Of a stretch of DNA of 64,000 bases, positions 11,613 to 23,785 are shown one piece after another. The stretch's first letter is position 1. Every line of letters starts with the position of its first letter. A model generated the notes under the pieces. That model saw nothing but the letters and a program-made list of their open reading frames with translations, did no database searches and had not been told where the DNA came from. Both the position numbers and the translations under genes were made by a program. Origin of the DNA: Felis catus (Eukaryota); NCBI RefSeq assembly GCF_018350175.1, contig NC_058369.1:11162001-11226000 (forward strand), read 5' to 3'.

Positions 11613-13885
11613 GATGCGGTAGAGGTGCTCTTGCTAATGCCCATGGTATTACAAGACACAAATGTATCAAAACAACATGGTACACACCTTACCCTTAGGC
11701 AATGTTATACATCAAATATGTTTCAACCAAAAAAGAAACACAATCCTTTGTTACAGCCAAGGCTCCCATCCTGCTACCTCCCTGCCTCCCTCCCGATCCC
11801 TCCCCTCCCCCACTCTTGCTGGTCCCTGACTGCTACTACACCACCCTTACGGGTTTCCCTTCACTTTGCTCCGATCTTTGTGAATACTCCTTAAGTTAAA
11901 CTCTTTCCAATTCTGCTTTTGGAGTGTGCTGTTTCCTGACAAATACAACAGATTGATCTGGCTCTTAGAAAAAACTCTCCAAGGGGCACCTGGGAGGCTC
12001 AGTTGATCAAGAGTCCGACTCTTCATTTCCGCTCAGGGTCATGATCTCACGGTTCATGGGATCAAGCCCCGTGCCAGCGCTCTGTGCGTATATTGCGGAG
12101 GCTGCCTGGGATTCTCTTTCTCCCTCTCTCTCCGCCCCTCCCTGGCTCATACACACTCGCTCTCGCTCTTTAAAAAGGAGCGAGCCAAAGGAAGACAATC
12201 CATACTGTTCCTGTGCTGAACTCTGTGCACGTTTGGTTTGCCTGGTGTTACACCTGCCACTCTCTGAGGGATCGTGGCCTCCAACCCCTCCCCTTGGCTG
12301 CCCCCCAGTCTCAGTGCCAAAATCCACCCAGGATGGGCTGGGAGTCTCACAGATGTCAGTTCCTCTAGTAGGTAGACCCCTGGAGGGAGCGGGGGTTGGG
12401 GTGGGGTTGTTTGCTGCCGCTAGCTGTGCGGCTTCTTTTCCGGGGTTACTGTCTTCCTTGCCCTCCCCTGACCCACCCCCACCCCCCCCATATCCAAAAG
12501 ATGAGACAGCTGCCTCAACTTTCCAAGCCACGCTTCCTCCGTGTCCAGGCCCGCATTCTCAATGCCAGATCCCAGTTGGGGTCCTGCTCCAAATGGGTCC
12601 ACCGCTTTGAAACCCCAGTGCTGCTTCTCACCTTGCTGTGAAAAAAAATCCCAGACATGGGACCACAGATTACACGGGAAACTCTTAATTCCTCTCTCTC
12701 TCTCTCTCTCATATGTTCCCAGTCACCAAGCAGTACTGCGAAACTGCCCATGGGTCCCAAGGGAGTGCTCTGCTGAGATCCAAACCAGCCACAAAAGCTC
12801 CAGGTCTCGTTTTGTCTCTTTCCTTCCTCTTCCCTACAAGAAGCAGCACAGCACAAAGCAGGGATGGACAAACCATCATCTGAGGGCCACATCCGGCCCG
12901 CTGCTTGTATCTGTAAACAGCTTTCTTGGCGCATGGCCATGCTCGTTCCTGACATACTGTCTACGGCCTACTTACAGGCTACATGGCCGAGCTGGGGTGT
13001 TGGGACAGAGATCGCATGGGCCGCAGTGCAATCTCTCGGGCCCTTTACTGACAAAATCCACCAGCCCTGACCTAACAGAACCGCATACCTGAGCGCTTTG
13101 TCTCAAACCCCCCTCCACCTTGCTGGCACCAGTCACTTTCTGTGTGGCTTAGAGGGCTCTATTCGCATGAGGCTCACAACAGCACCTGGTGAGCGTGAAA
13201 CGGACGTTAACCGGGGTCAATAAAAAAGCAGAAACCCAACAGCCAGGGGACAGACAGCCTGTCCAGTGTCTCCTGGTCCTAGGCATTCTCTTGACCCTGT
13301 TTCTTAGGTTTGCCACTGGGGAAGGGGCCCTTCTAGTGTCCCCAGTCTCCACAAGGGTTCCAGCATGGGTGTCCCACCCACTTCCCCCAACCTCCAGACT
13401 CTGAGACGTGAAGGCATGTACTGCCCCCCCACCTTGGATGGGAAAGAAAGGAAGGGCCTCCCACATCCTAAAGCTGAAGCAAGCTTGGTTGGCAACCGTA
13501 GGCTTCCTCTCCATTTTATCTCAACGCTCTGCTAGCCAGAGCAGCGAGCGGGGGAAGGAAAGAGAAAAGTCACATACATCACATATCACACACGCATCCA
13601 AACACACAGCCTCCCACGCCTTTGTGTGCAACTGACACATATACAACCGCACAGACACGCGGTCACACACGCGCACACACAACTGTTCAGGCACACAAGC
13701 CCACACGACGCCTTCAGAAATGCAACTCCACTCATGCCGCGTCCGTCACACAATCCCTGCACACACAAACACATGCACACACATCCATGCACAGCGTCAG
13801 ACATACGACCTCACACACGCCTCCAAGACCGCGCACAGTTCCCCTTCGTAAATGAAACTCCATACAGTGACGGCCATACAGTTCC

Positions 13886-13891
13886 TACGCG

Positions 13892-13936
<45 letters not shown>

Positions 13937-13937
13937 A
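13886..13937. repeat. Compound (CG)n(CA)n alternating purine-pyrimidine microsatellite at the end of a CA-rich tract (13570-13940)
   Basis: Directly visible. Confidence 0.95.
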
Positions 13938-14219
13938 ACTTGGGGCTCCAGACACAAAACTTCAGACATTCAAATCCCTCCCCACATTTCAACACCCAGC
14001 CCACGCGCCTCTTTGGGCAGGCAAGCCCACTCACAAATTCAGGCTCCCACGCACGCACCACCACCACCGCCCCCACGCACCCTTCACACCCAGCACCCGC
14101 GCAGCGCAGCGGTGGCCGAAGTCTCAGCCACAACCCAAGTCTGCCCGGAGTTGGAGGCATACACGCCCGAGAAGAAAGGGAACCGAGCCCTGGAAATGGA
14201 GGAAGCATCAGGCACAGAG

Positions 14220-15310
14220 ATGGACACCGGCCCGCGAGTTGAGGCCACCGGGGGGGGGGGGGGGGGGGGGGGGGAGGAGGGGCGATGGGCACCGAGCCCT
14301 CGGGTGACTGAGGTGGTAGGAAACTCACCAAGGCGACCAGAGGAGCGGCGGCGACCACGCTAAGGGGCAGGGAGCAGCCGAGACAAAGGCGGCCGAGAGG
14401 TGGCAAGGGGGACGAGGGGCGCCCCACCCTCCCGACCCCGGTGCGGGGCCGAGCCCGCCTCGGACCCCGCCCGCCCCTACCTCGGAGCCCCTGCCCCAGC
14501 GCGGCCGCGGGGCCCCCCACTCACCCGCGCCCGGAGCGGCGGGGGCGGCCTGCCCGCGCCTCGGCCTGCGCGCTGCTCCCGGATGCAGGTGCCGGAGCCC
14601 GGCGAAGCGCCCGGCCCGAGCAGCGGGGACCCGCCAGGGATGGCGCAGCGCTTGGCGCGGGGACCGGACGGCGGAGGCACCGGCAGGGAGCCGGGACGCG
14701 CTGTGCGGCGGGTGGGAGCCGGGCTGGCCCTGCGCTCACGTGGGTGCGGGGGCGCGGGGCGGCCGGGGGAGGGGGCGGGATCCCCTCCGGGATGCCCCCC
14801 GCCTCCCCCGCGCCGAGCCCAGGCTCTGCCACCGCGCGCCGGAGGAAGGGGCAGGGCGCGGGTGGGGAGGGAGGAGGGGAGAGAGGGAGGGAGGCGGGGG
14901 GGGGGGGGGGATCCTGGGGTGGGCGGGGTGGGTGGCCTCTCGCGCGTCCCGCCCCCGCCCCGCGCCTCCGAGCCCCCGCCTCCTGCGCCTCCGCGGCCCT
15001 CCTGAGGCCTGAACGTCCCTGGAGGGCGCGGGGACCCGCCCGCCACCGCTGGGCCCGGTGCCCGCAGCCGCCACGTGGGCTCCGCCGCCCCGCGCGTCTC
15101 CCTTCGGGTGCACAGCCCGGCCTTGGCCTCTGGGCCGCTGTGCGCCCTTGGGCTGACCCCTCTCCCTCTCTGAGCCTAGCCTTATTTAAACAGCGGAGAT
15201 GACTCCGCCGACCCCGCAGAAAATTAAAAACTGAGAAAAATCCAAGCGCGCGGGTGTGGACAGGCTTCGTGCAGCGTGAGGCCTCGCGCGAATGGGAGAT
15301 CACTAATTCC
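14220..15310 (-). promoter_or_regulatory. SLC1A6: CpG island: SLC1A6 promoter and non-coding first exon(s)
   Basis: Very GC/CpG-rich, many GC boxes, CACGTG E-boxes at 14737 and 15072; lies ~5.5 kb upstream of the exon-2 acceptor; minus-strand donors at 14328, 14480 and 14524. Confidence 0.8.
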
Positions 15311-16187
15311 TGTGCTCTTGTAATTAATATTAGCCTTTGCCGTCCCTAGAATCCGTACCCGGCGAGGCCGGTCCTGCGTTTCTTCTCAAAAGACCCGGCA
15401 CTGGTCGCTTCCAGCACCTCCCGTCTGTCCTGACAGCTAACTGCCATTTTCCAGAGCTGAGGGAGCAGCCCCGCACCTGTGATAAAAATCAGTTTGTGGT
15501 GGTTGTTGTTATTGAACAATTGTTGATCCGGACGTGCTAATGTGGGCGGTCTCTTTTGCTCATAGTTAGTCTCCGCACGATGAAGTAGATATCACTGCCC
15601 CCATTGGAAGAGAGGACAGGCGCTCAGAGAGGTTGGGTAACTCGCCCAAAGTCACCCAGGCAGAGAGCAGCCACCTCAACCTACTGCCTGGACTCCCCTC
15701 CTTGACACTGTCCCCACAGGGACGTGGCTCTCAAACTTCACTGTACCTTAGAATCCCCAAGTGGTACCCTAGACCAATCACATCAGTGTCCTCCGGCGTG
15801 AGACTCAGGCATCAGCGTATTTTAATGCTCCCCGAGTGATCTCAACGTGTGGCTAAGGTCCAGACCCTGCCCTAGATGTTGGGTTCTCCTGGACCACACA
15901 AACACCTGTCACCCCCTCCCCCCCCACACACCGAAACCTCCCCACTCCCTCTTTTCCCACACCGGCTGTGCACCCTGGTTGTGCGTCCCTCTCTGAGCCC
16001 TAGCCTAGAGCTCCTGGCTCTTGGAGTCATTCACTCCACAAATATTTAGTGCGTGTCCCCTGTGAGCTAAGCTGCGCTAGAAGCTGGAGATTGAGCAGGG
16101 AAGAAGACAGAGCCCTCCTTGCTGATTTACCCAAAATAATAAGTAAGTAAAATGAAATGATTGGGTCTCAGAACCCCTTTACACTTC

Positions 16188-17328
16188 TTTAAAATATTTA
16201 TTTTTGAGACAGAGACAGAGACAGAGCGCAAGCAAGGGAGGAGCAGAGAGAGAGGGAGACACAGAATCGGAAGCAGGCTCCAGGCTCTGAGCCGACAGCC
16301 CAGAGCCCGACGCGGGGCTCGAACCCGCCAACCAGGAGTTTGTGACCACGAACCCACCAACCAGGAGTTCATGACCTGAGCCGAGGTCAGACACTTAACC
16401 GACTGAGCCACCCAGGTGCCCTTTCGCTTTCTAACAATTAGAGTGGCCCCTCCAAAACCCAAAACCCCAGGATAATCATGATTTTAAGAAATCAAATTCC
16501 CATAGAGAGGTTCCTAGGATATACTGGGCTAGTACTCGTCTAAACTGGCCAGCCATCAAACCCAAGGGAAGTCTGAGAAACTATCACAGCAAAGAGTAGC
16601 CTAATATAATGGGAGATCCCACAGGGGGTCCCAGAACAGAAAAAGGACATTAGGGAAAAAACTGAGGCGATCTCAACCGAGTGTGGACTTTAGTAATGAT
16701 GTGTCAGTATTGGCTGCTTAATTGAAACAAACGTATCGTACTAACGGAAGAGAGGGGAAGTTATTGGGGGGAGTATGGCAACTCCTGTAACATCTCTTCA
16801 GTTTTTCTGTAGATGTAAAACTATTCTAAGAAATTGTGTCTGTTGATGAAAAAGATCATGGGAGACTCTGCAAGCTTTCATCCATGTAGATGATACGTAT
16901 CGATCTTTATTGAATTCGAAGTCAAGCCGGAGAAAGCTTTGGGGCGCCTAGGTGGCTCAGTGGGTTAAGCGTCCGACTTCGGCTCAGGTCACGATCTCCC
17001 AGTCCGTGAGTTCGAGCCCCACGTCGGACTCTTGTGCTGACAGCTCAGAGCCTGGAGCCTGCTTCGGGTTCTGTGTGTCCCTCTCTCCCTGCCCCTCCCC
17101 CACTTGTGCTCTGTCTCTCTCTGTCTCTCAAAAATGAATAAATGTAAAAAAAAATTTTTAACAAAGATGCCACTCAAATGAAAAAATAAGCCTGGGGGTG
17201 CCTGGGTGGCTCAGTGGGTTAAGCGTCCGACTTCAGCTCAGGTCATGATCTCCCGGTCTGTGAGTTCAAGCCCCGTTTCAGGCTCTGTGTTGACAGCTCA
17301 GAGCCTGGAGCCTGCTTCAGATTCTCTC

Positions 17329-17362
<34 letters not shown>

Positions 17363-17400
17363 CCTCTCAAAAATAAATAAACATTAAAAACTAAAAAAAA
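16188..17400. mobile_element. Cluster: SINEC(-) 16188-16421, L1MC-like 3' end ~16520-16850, SINEC(+) 16941-17160 and 17194-17400
   Basis: SINE heads and tails; GAACAGAAAAAGGACATTAG resembles the L1MC 3'UTR. Confidence 0.8.
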
Positions 17401-17419
17401 AGAAAGTGGGATTGTCATA

Positions 17420-18400
17420 CAGTTGATCCTTATTATGTGAGGATTCCATAGTGATGAGCTCACTCACCCAAACTTATGTGTAACCCCCAAATCAATACGT
17501 GTGGCACTTCTGCGGCCCTTGGCAAACGTAGCCAGAGCGATGCAAAGGTTGGGCTGGGTGGGGTGCGTGTTCCCCGCTGATGCTGAACAAGGCTATGCTC
17601 TGCCTACTCGTTTGAGACGTTCCGCTGTAAAAGACATCCCTCTCATGGTCTAGTTAGTGCCATGTTTTTCACTTTGGGTGCTTTTTGTTGATTTGACTGT
17701 TTAAAATGGCCTCTGGCATGAGGCTGGGCACCTCCAAGGTTGGTTAGCAAGAGAAGTCTGTGTTGTGCCTCACTGAGAAAATACGTGTGCTCGATGAGTT
17801 TTACTCAGACAGGAGTTGCAAGGCTGTTGGTTGTGAATTCAACGTTAATGAATCAACAATTTATATTGCATAAGGTGTCTTTTTTTTTTTAAGTTTATTT
17901 ATTTTTGAGAGAGAGAGAGCATGAGACAGTGCGGTAGAGAGGGAGACAGAGAGAATCCCAAGCAGGCTCCACGCTGTCAGCACAGAGGCCAACACGGGGC
18001 TCCAACTCACAAACCTTGAGATCACGACCTGAGCCAAAACCGAGAGTTCAGAAGCTTAACCGGCTGAGCCACCCAGGTGCCCCCATAAGGCGTCTTTAAA
18101 CAGAAACACACATAAAACAGAGTGAAGTATTGATTGGTTGATGATTGGTTGTAAAAAATGTTGGGGCGCCTGGGTGGCGCAGTCAGTTAAGCGTCCGACT
18201 TCAGCCAGGTCACGATCTCACGGTCCGGGAGTTCGAGCCCCGCGTCAGGCTCTGGGCTGATGGCTCAGAGCCTGGAGCCTGTTTCTGATTCTGTGTCCCC
18301 CTCTCTCTCTGCCCCTCCCCCGTTCATGCTCTGTCTCTCTCTGTCCTAAAAATAAATAAACGTTGAAAAAAAAAATTTAAAAATGTTGTAACCAGCGGCT
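17420..18400. mobile_element. MER82-like TcMar-Tigger element interrupted by SINEC(-) 17880-18083 and SINEC(+) 18163-18378
   Basis: Starts TA-CAGTTGATCC; body resumes after each SINE; TSDs ATAAGG(T/C)GTCTTT and AAAAATGTT. Confidence 0.75.
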
Positions 18401-18478
18401 CCGGTCAAGATCTCTCGGTTCGTGAGTTTGAGCCCTGTGCTGGCAGCTCGGAGCCTGGAACCTGCTTCAGATTCTGTG

Positions 18479-18524
<46 letters not shown>

Positions 18525-19492
18525 CCTCCCCCACTTTGTGCTCTCTCTCTGTCTCAAAAAGAAATGAAAATATTTTTTTAAATAATGATAATAATAAATA
18601 AAAAATAAAGAAATGAGCTCTCGAGGCATGAAAAGGCACAGAGGAAACTTAAAAGCGTATTACTGAGAGAAGCCCATCTGAAAAGGCTACATGTTGTGTG
18701 ATCCCAACTATATGATGTGCTGGGAAAAGGCAAAACCAGAGAGCCAGGGAAAGGATCCGTGTTTGGCAGGGGTTGGGGAAGGGGAGGGAAGAGGGAGCAC
18801 AGAGGAGCGAATGCACAACACCAAGGGTGATCCTTAATGCGAACTGTGGACTCTGGGTGAGGACGCTGTGTCTGTGCAGGCCCATCAGTTGTAGCGAGTG
18901 ATCCGCTCTGGTCGGTATGTTGATGGTGGTCAAGGCTGCGCCTGGGGGGGGCGGGGCAGGGGCATCTGAGAAACCGCTGTACCTTCTGCTCTACGTGGCT
19001 GTGAATCTAAAACGGTTCTTTAAAAGTCTTTAAAAAAAAAAAACACTCCATTAAAATCAAGAAAAAACTGAACTCTAGAGTTGAGGCCGAATGAAACACA
19101 CAATTTTTATTGCTTCATCGAGGACACACTACAGGAAAACTGGCTTTTGGTTTTTGAGCCGTGCGTGTGGTGGTGAAGAATATGAGGTCTCTGCACAGCG
19201 TGGGGTCGCCAGCTTGATTCCCGAGAAGGTGCTAGCGGCTGTTTTATTCACCATTGCTTTCGAACCGAACCGTGAGAGCACAGGCTAGGCCAACACAGGG
19301 CTGGGGGGAGTGGGCAGTGGCCGCTGATGGGCGTTGATGTCCTCTGGGGGGATGAAAATGTCCTGGAACTGGATAGGATAAAGATAATGGCCGCACGACA
19401 TTGTGAATGTGCAAAGGGCCACTGCATCGTACTCTTTGAAATGCTGAATTGTATGTTGCATGAATTTTTGTTTAATTTGTTTAATGTTTTTC

Positions 19493-19922
19493 GGGGCGCC
19501 TGGGTGGTGCAGTCGGTTAAGCGTCCGACTTCAGCCAGGTCACGATCTCGCGGTCCGTGAGTTTGAGGCCCGCGTCGGGCTCTGGGCTGATGGCTCGGAG
19601 CCTGGAGCCTGTTTCCGATTCTGTGTCTCCCTCTCTCTCTGCCCCTCCCCCGTTCATGCTCTGTCTCTAAATAAACGTTGAAAAAAAAAAGTTTAAAAAA
19701 ATAATAATAATTTGTTTAATGTTTTTATTTATTTTTGAGACAGAGAGAGACAGAGCATGAGCAGGGGAGGGGCAGAGAGAGAGGGAGACACAAAATCCGA
19801 AGCAGGCTCCAGGCTCTGAGCGGTCAGCACAGAGCCCGACGGGGGGCTCGAACTCACAGACCGTGAGATCATGACCTGAGCCGAAGTCAGATACTTAAAC
19901 GACTGAACCACCCAGGCGCCCC
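19493..19922. mobile_element. Young SINEC(+) 19493-19705 inserted in the tail of SINEC(-) 19709-19922
   Basis: TSD AATTTGTTTAATGTTTT on both sides of the inner copy. Confidence 0.88.
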
Positions 19923-20432
19923 CTATGTTGTACGAAGTTTATGCTGTTCCACCTCAATAGAAAGAACAGTGGTACCAAAACCCCAGTATTTAAGATAAAT
20001 AACGTTTCAACACAACATTTTTAAAAACCCAAGTGAATGCAAAATGCACCATGAACAAAATAGCAACTTTCCAAATAGAGACAGGATCAGAATTCCTGAT
20101 TTTTACTCTTTCTCAGGCCCCCATATGGCTTGGCTCAACACTCTTACAGATGCTGTCTTTTTTTACATTTGCTCACTATGGATTTTTGCACTAATTTTGG
20201 TGGGGGGAGAGATGGGGGTGAATTGTCGACATTAGAATATTATTTATCCTTTTTATAGGAGAATATCTTTGCTACCTCTGAATGGATAAAGATAACATAA
20301 CTACTGCCCAATGAATAACACACAAAGAAAAAAAGAAACCTGATATATTTTGCTGCGTTGAAATTTAGGTAAACACAGAGTCACTATCTACCTCATTGCC
20401 CTCTTCATTTCTTTTTTTTAAACGATTTTATT

Positions 20433-20649
20433 GGGGCGCCTGGGTGGCGCAGTCGGTTAAGTGTCCGACTTCAGCCAGGTCACGATCTCGCGGTCCGGGA
20501 GTTCGAGCCCCGCGTCAGGCTCTGGGCTGATGGCTCAGAGCCTGGAGCCTGTTTCCGATTCTGTGTATCCCTCTCTCTCTGCCCCTCCCTCGTTCATGCT
20601 CTGTCTCTCTCTGTCCCAAAAATAAATAAACGTTAAAAAAAAAAATTTA
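20433..20649 (+). mobile_element. Full-length young felid-type SINEC
   Basis: Exact TSD AAACGATTTTATT at 20420-20432 and 20650-20662; CpGs largely intact. Confidence 0.93.
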
Positions 20650-21896
20650 AAACGATTTTATTGAGATACACTTGACACGTAAAAAGCTGAATGTGTTTAA
20701 TGTACACAACTCGATGAGCTTGGGAATAAGTATACAGCCCTGAAGCCATCACCACCGTTAAGGCCATAAACATATCCGTCACCTCTCAAAGCTAATATTC
20801 CAATGATCTTCCAATAATAACATCCCAACACCACTTCTCTTAACCACAGAGTGTTTGGGCACTCCTGTAGATTTCACACCCCCAACAAGTGTCTCTCACA
20901 GTCCTCACCCTGGCCCTGAGATGACTTATTTTCTCAACAAGGGAAAGGCTACTGGCTCCCTTTTATAGATGTAAAAGGGGCTCAACGAGGTTAAGTCACA
21001 GCCCACATTGTTAAGACGTGGCGGGGTCAGAGGGTGAGCTCACCCCAGGTCCACTCTGACCACCGGCTCCAGCTCTGGTTCTATAGGGTGAGGAGGGCAG
21101 GCCAGCCGGTGGAGCATCCCCAGGCTGTCCCAGATGACTGCCCGGCTGTCGGGTGGGGCCTGTGCAGGGGATGAGCCAAGAAGAGCCTGAGGTGGAGGAA
21201 TCGAGGCTAATTCCTCTGTGGGAAGCGCTCCCTATTAATTAATTAGGGCAGAGCTGGCCTGCGGCATCCCCGCAGCCCCCAGAGTCATTAAGGAAGAGGG
21301 GGTCTCATTATCAGCTAGCAGCTTCCCCATCATTCCCAGGGCCCCGGGGGGAGCCAAGGAAAAGGGAGAGGAAGGTCAGGTCCTCCTTCTCCGAAACCCA
21401 CCCTTGTTACCACCAGAGTGGCCTGATATGCAAACCACGAGCAGAATTACAGTGGGAGAAAGAAGAAGAAAGACAGGAGGGAATGAGTTTTCTTCCCCCC
21501 TCCCAATTAAGTCTGCATTTATGTTGGGATGAGATCTTCAGAATAGGTAAATCCAGAAAGACGGAAAACAGTTGCCTGCGGCTGGGCGGAGGGGCGATGG
21601 AAAGTGACAGCTAAGGTGTGCACGATTTTCTTTTTGGGGAGATGGGAATGTTCTGGAGGTAGATAGCGGTGGTGGTTGCACCGCATGGTGAATGAACGCA
21701 ATACCACTGAACTGTGACTTTGCAGTGGTTATAAGGGCTATGCCGATGATCATTTTTGCAATGTATACATGTATCAAATCAGCACATTGTACACGTTACA
21801 CTTACACAAAGTTACGTGTCAATTATATCTCAGTAAAGCTGGGAAAATGGCTGCAGGGGATGTTATGTGTCGTTTACAATTAAAAAATTGAGTCTC

Positions 21897-22300
21897 TCAT
21901 AAGTATGAAGAACAAACTGAGGGTTACTGGAGGGGTTGGGGGGGGATGGGCTAAATGGGGAAGGGGCACTAAGGAATCTACTCCTGAAATCATTGTTGCA
22001 CTGTATGCTAACTAATTTGGATGTAAATTTAAAAAAATTAAAAATTATATTAAAAAAAAAAAAAAACTGAGTCTCAGCGCGCCCGAGTGGCTCAGTCGGT
22101 GAAGCGTCCGACTTCGGCTCGTGTCATGATCTCACAGTTCGTGGGTTCGAGCCCCGCGTCAGGCTCTGTGCTGACAGCTCGGAGTCTGGAGCCTGCTTCG
22201 GATTCTGTGTCTCCTTCTCTCTCTGCCCCTCCCCTGCTCATGCTCTGTCTCTCTCAGTCTCTCAAAAATAAATAAATGTTAAAAAACCTTTTTTTTTTTT
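21897..22300 (+). mobile_element. 5'-truncated carnivore L1 3' end (21897-22066) followed by SINEC (22076-22300)
   Basis: GAACAAACTGAGGGTT...CTACTCCTGAAATC L1 tail with poly(A); SINE head and tail. Confidence 0.85.
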
Positions 22301-23002
22301 AATCGAGTCTCCTTCTGGCTCATGAATATTTATTCAACATATATGAACTTGGTGCCCAGCATTGCACTGGGCAGGAAAGCACGGCCCTGTCCTCAGAGCT
22401 CTGCCTGATTGACAAACGGCCCCGGAGAACTTCCTTATGACCTCCTGAGACACTCTCTACCCTCCCCTTGTTCTGTGTCCTAGGACCCTGACTGTCATGG
22501 ATCACACCAACAGGCTCCCTTGCTCTCTGGCTTCTGGTTGGGTTTAGGCAAAGGGAGACCTTACAGGAGGTGAGACCGATAGAGAAGCATGAGGCCAGGG
22601 TACCTTTCCCCATACGCGCACTGCAGATGGCTGTGCCCCTGGACTGCAGCCCTCCAGTCCTGGGGAGGTGGCCCTCTCCAGGCCCTGGCACTAAATGCTC
22701 CCTCCTCACTCTGCTTCTGCACAGGCATCACTGGCTTCAGGCTACTGCACCCTCCTTGTGGTTTCCTTACCCGCTCCCCACCACACCATCACCAAACTGT
22801 CACCACACCGCCCAGTTTGAGGATGCATCTACTTCCTGCTGAGACTTCCTGCGAGAAAGCCATTTGGGGAAAGCCCTAGCAAACTATATAGGCAGGGATC
22901 AATAAGTCCTGGGGATGTAAGGCACAGCAGAATGATCTTAGAGATCAATACTGTATTCTCAACTTTGAACTTGCTGAGAGTCTAGACCCTAATTGTTCCT
23001 AC

Positions 23003-23033
<31 letters not shown>

Positions 23034-23109
23034 AATGGTAAGTATGTGACATGATAGAGGCGTTGGCGAATGCAAGCATATTGCAATATATAAATGTATC
23101 AAATTGATT

Positions 23110-23785
23110 TGTCTGCCTGGGCATTCCAAGACTCCCAGTGCCTGAATCCCAAATAGCACCCAACCTTATACACACTATGTTTTTTTCCTATACGTACACA
23201 CCCATGATAAAGTTTAATTTGTAGGTCGGGTCCATTAAGAGATTAACAAGCGGGACGCCTGGGTGGCTCCGTTGGTTGAGCGACCGACTTCAGCTCAGGT
23301 CACGATCTCACAGCTTGTGAGTTCGAGCCCCGCATCGGGCTCTGTGCCGACAGCTCTGAGTGAGCCTGGAGCCTGCTTCCGATTCTGTGTCTTCCTCTCT
23401 CTCTGCCCCTAAGCCATTCGCATTCTGTCTCCATCTCTCTCAAAAATAAATAAACATTGAAAAAAAAAAGAGATTAACAAGAACTAGCATAAAATGAAAC
23501 AATTATAACAACGTGCTGCCATAATGTTGGTGTGAATATGCTTGCTCTGTCTGCCCCGCCCTCAAGACATCTCAGTGTACTGTATCCACCCTTCCTCTTG
23601 CGATGATGCCAGATGCTAAAACTCATACGGGATGACGTGAAGTGAGGCGAAATGACGCGGGCGCGTGACACAGCCTTGGGCACTTCTGACAGTATGTCAC
23701 AAGGAGGGCCATCTGCTTCCAGGGCTCAGCTGACTGAGCGTAAGCGAAACCGTGGGAAGCGAGGCCGCAGGAAAGCGGGGACCAG
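23110..23785. mobile_element. Tigger2a-like DNA transposon interrupted by SINEC 23252-23470
   Basis: CATGATAAAGTTTAATTT and GATGACGTGAAGTGAGG resemble recalled Tigger2a; SINE TSD AAGAGATTAACAAG. Confidence 0.7.

Noticed and set aside
11112..11740. Possible twin-primed L1 (minus fragment plus short plus-strand tail)
   Set aside because: The pieces appear far apart on the L1 consensus and no TSD was found
13626..15303. Many overlapping 150-260 aa ORFs on both strands
   Set aside because: Stop-codon depletion in a CpG island and CA repeat; Pro/Arg/Gly-rich nonsense
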